DNA of 64,000 nucleotides, taken from Haliotis cracherodii (Eukaryota). The stretch spans positions 40,858,001-40,922,000 of the forward strand of contig NW_027266286.1 of NCBI RefSeq assembly GCF_022045235.1, written 5' to 3'. A program made the position numbers and the translations under genes. The notes under the pieces were generated by a model. It saw only the letters and a program-made list of their open reading frames with translations. It ran no database searches and was not told where the DNA came from. Positions 1-11,379 of the stretch are shown here, one piece after another (the first letter of the stretch is position 1; each line of letters opens with the position of its first letter).

Positions 1-506
1 ATGTATCTACTACAATTAACAATACATGTAGATAATAAAGTAAAAAAATAAACTCTCTGCTGGAATGTATGGTGCCAATTATTCGATAGGGTAAGACTAG
101 TAAATGTATGACTAGACGAATCAACTATTCTTACCTGATGAAAAATAATCTGCAAGTTTTTAGTAACACTGCTATTACATGACAATTGAAATTTCTAACT
201 ATAGATAAATTGTAAAGTGACTGCATGCATGTAATCCCTATAAATCAAAGCTGTCAATAAACTGTCAATCATATTGACAGGAGGCAACCAATTCTAGTAA
301 TCCAGTTGTATTCAATCGTATATAAAATACAATTTGAATTACTCCATAGATACGCGTTTTTGAGGAGCGTACACACAAACTAGTGAATAGTATTGCTCCG
401 TGTGTGAAGGCGATAGTGAGAGATAGTCACAAGTTGTACATACTTTGTATATCAGTGTACATGGTAAAACACTCGTCATGACACATAAAAACAAAATGAA
501 CTCACA

Positions 507-570
507 GGTAAGTTGAGATGAAATGTTGTTTAACGTCGCGTTCAAAATATTGCAGTTCTATATCACGCAC

Positions 571-601
<31 letters not shown>

Positions 602-850
602 TGTGTGTGTGTGGCTGCTTGTACTAGTCCGGATTGATGCCGATATTATAGTGCTAGCCCACTGAGATACCATGCCCTAGGTTAACATGGATACCCCACT
701 CAGAAACAGTATACAAATCAATAAAAAGTCCTTGTGTTAGCCCCTTAATGCCGAACACAAGGCAGGGTAACAACAAGTACCATATTTCAATGTCGTTTGG
801 TATGACGCGGCCAGGTATCGAACCACCGAACCTTTCGCTCTCCCGGCGGA
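507..850 (-). mobile_element. tRNA-derived SINE, Meta/MESC-like family, with internal (GCGT)n/(GT)n tract
   Basis: Reverse complement matches the copy at 51274-51597 (GGTTCGATACC B-box, tggtacttgttgttaccctgcc, tctgagtgggg, ctagcactataa, tttcatctcaacttacct tail). Confidence 0.75.
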
Positions 851-1799
851 CAGAATATTTGATAAATAATGCATACCCAAGAACAAGATAAATGCATACA
901 TACAACCATGATAAATAAACAAATATAGTATCAAATGCAGACATAGATACACTAATACATACATTTTGCACAAACACCATTTTGACTGATAAACTCATGA
1001 ACTGATAATAGATACATGTACATGCATACACCTACACATATACAGCCTCGTGCATGTACCTACATATGCCACATACCCGATATAAACAGATATAATCGTA
1101 TCAAGATACATCTACATGTTGTTGTAATATATCCTATGCCACATCTATTAGGGAATATCAGGCCATTGCCATATGATACTACAATTACTACATTGTCACA
1201 CCTTCTTTGTTTAGACTGATTATATAAACTACTTACAGTTGTTTAAATTTCTGTAGAATAACATGGATCAACAAATAGACTGAAGAGCACATGGAAGGTG
1301 TCTTCTGTTAGACTTGAGTAAGGATCCAACTCTTCTGCAAATATTTACCAGCTCATCAGTCACCCCATGGGCATAGTCCCGATATACAGCTCGATTAGAG
1401 TGGGTTTCAGGGTACACAAGTTTCCGTATGGGATGAGACCTTTTTACAATTAACCAGAACAATGGAACACATGCTTTGAGACTTACAACTTCTATGGGTT
1501 TCCTATCCTCAACGTACATATTTCGACTAGTCCTCGTTTCTGTCATTGCTTATTATTAGTTTTTCGGTTTTTTTTTCTTGTTTACCGTTTTAGCAAATCA
1601 CCTCTCCAAAATCGATACTATTGATTTTTACAATTTCTTAGTTCTGCGTGTCCATACCCTCCCACGACTATCACTTCACATAACGTCGCCACTGCAAGTT
1701 ACAGCCATTTACTATCAGATCGATTCCTGATCTTTCTGTCTCCATGTTCTTTCATTCCATTCACCTATCAATTATTTACAAGATTTGTTGCTATTTGGG

Positions 1800-4100
1800 T
1801 TGAGGTAAAATTAGTTATTTATGTATGTTGCTCTTAAATCAGTACACTGGACATACACATAAAAGTGCGATTCATCTTCAATACAATAAGTTTTTATAAT
1901 CCTACAACGTCTATGTTTTCTTGCAATACCTACATATCTGCCTATTTCAATAAATAGATCATGTAATCTACATGTACAACGAAATCGAGAGAGAGCTGTT
2001 CTAAACTTACTTAAATTAACACGTAATAGATAAGGTTCTGGTGTCATTGTGTCTTAAATGTAGTGTAGCAATTTGCTTTTCTAGATCTGGAAAAGGAACC
2101 ATGCCATTTTGGGATGTACATGTCTTTAAAGGTCTGTCTCAAACGGCTGTAGAAATGCTGTTGCATGTCTTCAAGTTGCTGTAACCAAATATAACCATAT
2201 CCACTTTCGTATTACATGTTTTTTTCTTTTGGCGCGCAATTTAATTTCCCATTGCTGTCATAGAGTATCATAATATAACATTTTGCAGGGTAACTAGAAG
2301 ATGACATATTTGATAACTTGACCCAGTATTTAATACCCTTTAAAAAACTATATATATACATTGGAAAACTTCCACATTCACGATATACCCTTGCGTTTTC
2401 TGTGTTAGGTTTAACAACTTTAGTTTTATCCATATTTACAGTCAGTTTCGACCCGTCCTTTTTTGCAAACATGAGAACATGAATATATCATCAGCGAAAA
2501 TAAGCAGAAATACTTTAACAGTTTCGGGATGTAGTTGTATTCAATCAGTGCAATTATTTTGGATTTAATATGCTAATTCGTTTATGAAAAAGGAAAATAG
2601 AAACGCTCCTAATATACACCTCTGTCGAACACCCATATTACTTATAAAATTATCAGATAAAGCGCCACACCTTCACATTTTTATACAAAGAACACAGTGA
2701 CTTTCCAATTCTGCTACTTAGCCCATGTCTTTGAAAGAGGGACTATAAGTTAACCCTTTTTTCTCGAGTCAAAAGCCTTTGCAAAATCTACAAATACAGC
2801 ATACAACTTCCCTCCTTTGACTGATAGATATATCTGCATTAGAGAATACAGGATAAAGGCATTGTCAGTGTTGGAGTATCGCTTTCTAAAACTTACTTGT
2901 AACTCACTAGATTTTTTATAAGAATCCGTCTAGAAAACAAGTCTGGAAGTATATATTTTACTTAATGTACTGAGGAGAGTTATGCCTCTATAATTATAAA
3001 CGTCGCTGGTTGCGCCCTGTTTGTGGAGAGGAACAATAATGTCAACTGTCAAGTTCTCTGGAAAATATCATCTCTCCAAAAGGGTATTAAAATAGTTTCA
3101 ATTGAATTCCATGTCAAATAAATTATCATTATCATGGCTAAATGGAACTGAAAATAATTTCTTGAAATGTTCAAACCAGTCTTGAATAGCAATATCATTT
3201 TCCAAAGGTTTAATGGCTTTTAACGTAGACAAAAATGTTTTAGATTTATCCAACAGTTTCTGTTTTTGTTCGAGATATTCTGTCTTTTGTTCTTACAAAC
3301 ATCATTGTACTGATTGCTTACTCTAGTATAATCTGTTAATGATCTACTGTCCTTATTCTTTCTAAATTTACGCCTACGTCTACGTTATTCCTTTTTAATT
3401 GACTGGCATTTGCTATCAAACCATTGTTGATCATAGTCATAGCCCTAATTAGTTTTTTTCATATCAGATGCAGCGATAATAACAGCCTTTTCCAGTACGA
3501 GTATCGTAAATCATACGCAGACCCAGAAATTAGGTATATTCTAAACCGTTCATCCATCTCTTCAACCAACACAAATTTAAAGGAATCCCTGACATGTGTA
3601 TTGCGTGGCGTAGGTTCCCTTACTTGTAGCGTTACACCAGCGTCTGACCCGCACCTTCCATTAACAATTTGTATATTCAGTAAACGACATATATCGAGTA
3701 AGATCTAACCAAAATTATTCAAAAATAAATCCACAAAAAAATTATTTAAGGTGTAATTGTCCAACAGAAATCCCCATACACTGTTATCAAGTCCCTAAAG
3801 GTATTCAAGGATATCATCCTGTACAAAATCAGATTCAGTGCTAGTTCTCACATTCAAGTCTCCTCCCCTTATCATATTAAACTTCATCACAATGTTCTAA
3901 TATATCATGTAGGTCATTTTATAATATATGTATGCCTTTTTAGCATTGCCAAGTCGAACATTCAGGGTGGACTTAAACACATGAACATAGTAAATCTTCT
4001 CTTATATCCAAATACGGTTTTACCTATCAACATGAAAGTACAAATGAGTTTAAGTAATCGGTAAAGTCCGGATCAGTTAATTTAGAATTCAGTCGTGACA
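1800..4100 (-). mobile_element. Degenerate non-LTR retrotransposon ORF2 (APE-RT, L2/CR1 group)
   Basis: Minus-strand fragments in the expected order: endonuclease GDLNVRT, RT LYAVFVDFAKAF, GVRQRCILG.FLFSFFINEL, FLLIFADD, then C-terminal SRFRC..HDLFIEIGRY..RRC..IEDESHF. Many stops and frameshifts. Confidence 0.85.
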
Positions 4101-4590
4101 CATTCCAGAAAACAATTATTCTACTTTCATGTTTACAATCATCGACATGGTCTGTCGGATCTACCTGAGGCGTCCCTAGCGGGGTGCTGTCCTGTCCTAG
4201 GCCCCAGAGCGAGAACTAAGAAGTTGTGGTCCTATGTTTGACCCTCCCCGTCTTTGTCCTTGTGAGAGTGATGTTCTGATGTCCTGGCTATTCCTTCTCT
4301 CCCGTCTGTGTGCTGTAGTTCTCTCTAAGGTCTCTTGGCTATCTCAAGTTACAGCCATTTACTATCATTTTCATTCTGGAACTTTCTGTCTCCAAGTTCT
4401 TTTTATTCCATTCGTTTGCCATATCGAACAGAAACGTCGATAGAAATGCTAGAACGTTTTAAGTTTATCTCTTAACCTTCTCGAAGATATTTTCACCTTG
4501 TAAGACTTATATGAGATTGTTAGTACAAAGTTCAACCTTAGGGAGATAAGCCAGGGATCGATTGTGTGTGTCTTGAAGACGGCGGATGAA

Positions 4591-6763
4591 ATGGAGTCAG
4601 TTGTATGGAAATTCATTTGGACTGCCGTTAATGTGGCAGCATTAGCAGTATATTCTGGAAGAGGTAATATATGTTTTCTGGAACATTCTTTGACTTTGTC
4701 TCAAATTTTTCTACTGTTTGATCTTGTTAAATCTATATCATCTGCAACATTCGTCTGCCTCATGTACAAGATATCTGATGAAAGTTGGATTCATTTCAAG
4801 AAGGGTTATTCCCTCGTATTATCAACAAATACAAAATTCAAATGGTTTAATGTATGATTACTGGTAGCTCACAGGAGTGAAACAGTGTATGTGCAGATAT
4901 ATTCGAATATTGTCCTCTTGTTATTAATATCTGGGGAAACAAAAACTATATTTCATTATGTAATACTTGGGTGTCTTGTTGGTTTGGTTCCTAATGGAAA
5001 GAGCTGTATAGGCGCAATCATCTCGAACGCAAATTTAAACCCCATTTCACCCAAACCCCTACCTTCAGATAAGAATTCCTGATTTATCATTCGGATCTTT
5101 TGGACAGTACTGTCTTATACCTCTATAATCAAGACCACATTTTACTTATCTCTTCACTTATCTTGAACATTATTCTATTTTAGGGACCACAGCGCAAAGA
5201 CCATTTGCCTTTGCCAGTTACTATGGAAACCACATGGTTCTTCAACAAGCACCCCAAAGAACGATTATCTGGGGCTATGCTGCAAAACCAGGGGAGACAA
5301 TCACATTGAGCATTAGTGGTAAAGGGGAGGTGAACACAACATCCTTTAATGGACCTATGGCAACAACCCCTGTGTGGTCAGTTCAACTTCCTGCCATCGC
5401 TGCTGGTGGGCCTTACAACATCACAGCGACATCTAGCGAGGGCAGCATTGGCTTAACAGATGTGTTATTTGGGGACGTCTGGATATGTTCGGGTCAGAGC
5501 AACATGCAGTTTACAGTTTCAATGGTAGGTTGTAACATACACAGATATTGAACATGACCAGCAGACAGCATCTGATGACCTCATTGTTGTCTGCTGGTCA
5601 TGGTGATAACGTGTTTTACTGTAGCGGTGCCCTTGTGCCGATGATTTATTATAACTGCTCAGCAAGTGTCTCTTTAGTTGTTGTGAAAACATGAACCAAC
5701 GAGTTTTATTTTGGTTTGGTCTTGTGACACGTTGTTACAGTAATAGGTTCTCTTAACCCTAAGAACCTGGTTGAATAATAACCGATGATTCTAACTGCAG
5801 CTAACTCCTGGTGCCTCAGATTATAAGTCATAGTGTTAATGTGAAACAGTTCTTATGGGTTTTGCCAAAGTGATAAAGGTTTACAACCTAGTGTCATTTG
5901 GGTTTCAATCCCGCTTAAGCACACACACCATCACATACCTGAAGTCCTGTTCTTAGTGACCTGTTATCAAACTAACTCATTCGCTCTCTGAGTGTTCCAA
6001 GTGTTGTATAAATCAGTTATTCATGTTGTCTCCGACAGGGTTTCAATGCCACGGAAGAAGAGTTAGATGCCTTTAACCATCCCAATATCCGGGTATTCAC
6101 AGTTGCCTTGGGAGGGTCTCCTTTTGAAGAATATGATCTGTTGGGTATCAGTGAACCTTGGTCGGTTCCTAGTCCAGGTAAACACTTGCTATAGAGTTTC
6201 CTGGTCATACATTGCAACGTCATAATCCATTCATGAATATTACTTACACGCTCTCTGTGACAACATATCCTTCTATAAAACTTTCATTTTGAAATAAACA
6301 TATTCTCAAGTAATCTCAAAATAATACATGTATCATTTCCTCTCTGTAGTTCCGTAACTAGTGTACGCCTGCCTGACAAGTATGTCCCCTACGTTCCAAC
6401 TAGTTTTAACTCTCTTTATCTTCTTACATCAAGAGACCATTGGTGGTCCAGCTTGGTCGTACTTTTCGGATGTCTGCTGGTTATATGGCAAGTACCTGTC
6501 TTCGCATCTCAAATACCCCATCGGCCTCATTGCGACGTCATACGAAGGAACCCGAGTGGAGGCGTGGTCAGCTCCCAATGTTCTCAAGCAATGTGATGTA
6601 TACGATGTAAGCGCCATAAGCGATGACGCTGGTGATGTTTCTGGTGTAAATCCAAATGCTGATTCTGTTCTGTGGAATGCCATGATGCGACCTTTTCTCA
6701 ACATGACCATATATGGAGTCATATGGTATCAAGGTAAGAACCAAAATATATCAAATCTGATCT

Positions 6764-6819
<56 letters not shown>

Positions 6820-9593
6820 CGAAAATAATTTGCATCAATTTTTTGTTTTAGGCGAGTCTAATGACAAACCACCTTCATCAATGAACCGGTACAACTGTAC
6901 GTTCCCCGCCATGATTGATGACTGGAGAGATAGATTCCACCACGGTTCCGTTGGTCAAACCAACCCGCTTTTTCCCTTTGGATTTGTACAGGTAATCGTG
7001 CTTGTCTAACATGCATTTATTAACATCTTCTACGACTTTGTACAACTTAAAATGAATGTTACAATTGTTTCTGCTAATAATGTATGTAGAACTATTATTC
7101 CGAGCATCGACCCTTACAATACCAAACCAGGAAATAGTTTAGAATGTCAAAATGTGAAAACAATTAAATTATAATCCTTAATTGCCAGCCATAAGCTTTA
7201 GTTTATGAGAAGTTAGGTCACTGCAATGACTTGTCTTCCAATCAATTTACGGATCAGTATTTGGATTTGACTTTTGAGTCGTCATATTCATGCACAATAT
7301 TTGTGTCAAAGGAAGAATTTGTTGTCCATTGTCATTTTTATTCCTTCCATTCATATAATTTCCACAGCGGAATCTGTTTCGGTAGAAAATCCAGGCAAGT
7401 TATTATCTTGCATTGACAATTTTTATTCCTTCTTTCCTCAGCTTGCTCCAAGGCGAGACAATGTCGTCAGTACGACCGGCTTCACAGACATTCGGTGGCA
7501 CCAGACAGCTGACTATGGCTACGTCCCAAACGCCAGGATGAAGAACACCTTCATGGCGGTGGCCATGGACCTGCCGGACTTCTCGTCTCCTTGGCAAAGG
7601 TATCATAAATAATGTAAACCCAGTAAATAAATACTATTAAAAAAAGGTGGAATGTCTAACAATTTGTAATCCGTATTGTTGTACAAATGTTGTTTCATTT
7701 TCAGTAAACCCTCACACCATTTTAAGTAGTCCCTGACTGTGCCTTTCCCTATGTCTGTCATTTTAGACTCGGTCTTCTGGACACTGGCCTTAATATGTAA
7801 CAATCAGATAAGATATTGTGTGTTTTTCGATGTGCTTTCAGTATCCATCCCCGGGACAAGCAGGATGTGTCTATGCGTCTGTGTACAGCTGGACTTGCTG
7901 TGGCTTACAACCAAACTCACTACTCTACACTCAATGGCCCCTACCCATCTCATTTTACAATCTTGGCGCAGGAAGAAACCGTACAGATTACTTATGACAA
8001 AGTTCTGGAAATTAGATCGAAATCAGGCTTTGAGGTCAGTGACCATTGCTACTTCGTGTTTTTTCTTGCTTTTGTCAACCAAACAATTGTTATGTTTTTG
8101 CATATATTTCTCTGAGATGACCATTTTGTTGGTGTGTATTGCCATTAGGTAAATTGCGCACTGTCTGATGACGCGGAATCATTGGCTCTGGGTTCCATTC
8201 GCTTGTGACTTATTACGATATATAGGGAATACTTATATTTTCTTGTCAAATAGCATCTATATCTGATCTAGTGACCTGACAAAGATAAGTGGCGCGTGTA
8301 TCACAATAGTTAATATGTTACAATTATTACGTTACGACATTACAAAAGTTAATTATGCATTATGCACATGTATTTTCTAAATGATCTTCACTATCTTTCC
8401 ATGAAAAATAATTGTATCATTAAGACAGTCTGAAAGTTGTTCCAGATAAAGTGATATTTCATTGGAGTGATATATCGATGTAATATTTTCAGAATAATTC
8501 AATACTTCATGATTAAATAGACAATATCACTCTATCAATACCAAATAGGTATCAAACCAGCTGTTCGCAAAAGGGGAAGCGTATCCTGTCCCACATTTTT
8601 ATATACCCTTGCAAGGTTTTTAACAACTGGCATGTTCAAGTATGAGCGAAAAAGGTCGATTATTCTTCAAAAGAAAAATTAACTACATCTGTCCCCTGAG
8701 AAGATCTTGTTACCATACGTTTGAGTCTTTATCTGTATCTCCAACGAAAATTAGCTTGAGTCAAAGACTGGCTCATGTTCAAATAATAAAACTGAAAACT
8801 GAAAACCTCTAAAATCAGCTTTTTCCCACATTTAGTGTTATGTCCAAAACAAGCATCTGTCAACACTCGAGGTCTCATTCACGTGAACATATCTGATAAC
8901 ATTTTGCTAATTTCGAAACGTATGCGGACCCTTAAAGGGCAAAATATGACCTTTTTTAACCTGAGTGGTTTCGAGGGTGGTCATATTCGTCATATTCGTG
9001 TTCTACTGCGACACATATTGTGCGCGTCAAAAGCATCAACCCGTTTGTTCCTGTAGCAATGCTGGAAATACACCAATACCTTGCTACAGAATTGCTGAAT
9101 ACTTCGTGGGACCAGCAGTCCCTGTTCTGTGCCATCACTAAATGATGGCGTTTGAGAACTATCATCATGGTGTGTCTCCTGATCAAAGTTAATATGACAG
9201 ATGGTTAATGAAAAGTACACTCAGACAAATATTCATAAGTGATGAATCAACTGACGAGTAAACTGTTTGAATCAGAGACCTTTCATTTTTATTGATTAAG
9301 TTGTGATTTCTCTAGTTGTTGTGGTTGTTTTCCTTTAGGTGACATGTGTTAAATCCGACAGTTCATCACGACCAGATGATAATTCAGTATGGTTCCCCAT
9401 GCCTATTACTTCACACGACAACACATCAGTGACCCTCAACTACAGCCAACTATGTCTGCGATCTAGACACATGGTGGTGTCTGCAATACGGTACGCCTGG
9501 AGAGAGTCGCCCTGCCCCTTCAAACAGTGTGCTGTCTACAACAAGGACAGTGGATACCCAGGGCCACCTTTCATTCGACATGTTAAGCAATAA
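4591..9593 (+). CDS. SIAE: Sialate O-acetylesterase-like protein, tandem copy 1 (subfamily A), 8 exons, ~532 aa
   Basis: Exons join(4591-4663,5184-5524,6039-6177,6434-6733,6852-6991,7442-7599,7842-8034,9339-9593); all GT-AG and phase-compatible, 1599 nt in total. Signal-like N-terminus MESVVWKFIWTAVNVAALAVYSG. SIAE motifs: FASYYGNHMVLQ, GDVWICSGQSNM, LWNAM, IWYQGESN, YNCTFPAMIDDWR, IRWHQTADYGYVPN, TFMAVAMDL, SIHPRDKQ, RYAWRESPC. Confidence 0.9.
6769..6816 (+). repeat. (CA)n microsatellite in intron 4 of copy 1
   Basis: Direct reading. Confidence 0.95.
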
Positions 9594-10309
9594 GATGTTA
9601 GATATTGAAATTATGAAATAAATTGCGTGCAAAATAACTAGAATGTTTGGTTTTTAGTTATAATCAATACACATCCGTGAGGCCCTCATTGTAATAGTGA
9701 TGAGCCATACTTTTAAAACCAGCAATAAGATGTCAAATATTAAAATTCCGTGAAAATATCTGAAATGTTTGATTTTGAGTATAATCAATAAACACCCATT
9801 AGGCCATCTAGGTAATGAAGATGAACATCTCTTTAAAAACGGGTAACTACACTATGTTTACCTTGTATTATGTCTAGGGTATATTACTGACAGGCAACAA
9901 TGGCTATGAAAACACCAATAAAAGCTACACAAACATTTCCATCATCATGAGGAATCTGAGAGTTTATTGTACGATTCCGTCTATATCACGAGCATATGTT
10001 TATGAATGAATCACTATCAAACGAGGATGATACCAGGTGTCACGAGGTGATTGTATCCTGCCCCACCGGTGGCACCCGTCACGAGCACAAAGTCAACTGT
10101 TCCCCTGAAAAAAATAGGGTACGAGTCAAAATGGGGAAATTGAAATCGCCATAGAAAGAGCATGCTCCAGCTTACCTCAAAAGTTGTGGAATGTAGACAC
10201 CAAAGACTGGAGTTGCTGGAACTATTGGAAAGTTGAAGTCATTTCTCTTGTCATACAAGACATGTTCAATTAATGATATGGAAACGTCTTACCAAAATGA
10301 TTCTTGATG

Positions 10310-10500
10310 GCGGTGACCGACGATGACGGGCGACTTACTGAATCGTGTGGACAGGTTTGGTGACTTGGTTGATTGCCCAACATACCTGACGGATCGTGGC
10401 TCAGAATTTATTTGTTGGGCTGTCTGACTCGATTATTTATGGACTGCCGTCAAGATCTAACTGGTATATTGCTGAATGCATCATTAAAGAACAAACAGAA
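10310..10500 (+). mobile_element. Degenerate V-domain/RUDI-like SINE fragment
   Basis: ggcgacttactgaatcgtgtggacagg...gacttggttga...ctggtatattgctgaatgcatcattaaagaacaaac resembles the copy at 25720-25988. Confidence 0.55.
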
Positions 10501-11299
10501 ATGAACATAAAGAATATTATAACAATTTGGTATGTAACATAAAAAGTGTGTCTGACGAAACTATTCAGGGTGCGGTGACATCCAGATTCCGTTGATACAT
10601 CACTAAACTTTTGATATCTCAGCTCACAAGAAAATCACTGATAATTCAAAATTCAATTATTAGAAGGTAACACACATATGCCAAACATATTCTTTCCTGT
10701 TTGCCCCATTGTGTACTCATCGAGCATCATACATGAAATGATATATTGTGTCTAACCATCTTGGAAAGGACCACGTATATGTCGGTGTCTACGTACAGCA
10801 AGTGGAATGTAAATGTATTTTATCAAGTAATGCAAGGATATATTATTTTCCTGAGCTATTGGTAATACTGGTTGCAATTCTCACCATCTCAGTGCTACCT
10901 CATTACCTCAAGTTTGCAACTGCATGTTGACTCCCTAAAGTTAGATTTGAATCATATCTACTGAACTGTTGACTAAGAAACAAATTTAGGAAGTCTAATA
11001 CACCGTTGTCCCAAACGTTTGAAAACTAAATCATATTATTTGTGGTCAGGTTTTACCAACAACAAAATTCTTGACGATATGATGGATGTCTGATGGGTTA
11101 TGAGTAAACTTAATTGTTTCACCGCTCCTTTCGGAATTCAAGATATGTAATTTTTTTCTGTCTCAAACAACAAATCCCAAAACCTGGACCAACCAGACCA
11201 AAAATATAAACACTTAAATCTAATATACTCAACCATAAGAAGGAATGTGTTCTACATTAGGTATTGTCTTAAAGAATGCAAGTAGTTTTCCAGATATGG

Positions 11300-11379
11300 T
11301 AGAGATATCATAGAGGTAGATAGTGTCCTAAATATATATACTGTACAATCATTAGTCTTTGCTCAAACATTCCGGCAAA
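11300..11379 (+). promoter_or_regulatory. Putative TATA/GATA core promoter of SIAE copy 2
   Basis: AT-rich box aatatatata at 11331-11340, ~45 nt before the ATG and preceded by aggtagatag. The region aligns with the upstream region of copy 3. Confidence 0.5.

Noticed and set aside
1268-1546. 92-aa minus-strand ORF next to the LINE
   Set aside because: No recognisable motif or splice context, so no call can be supported.
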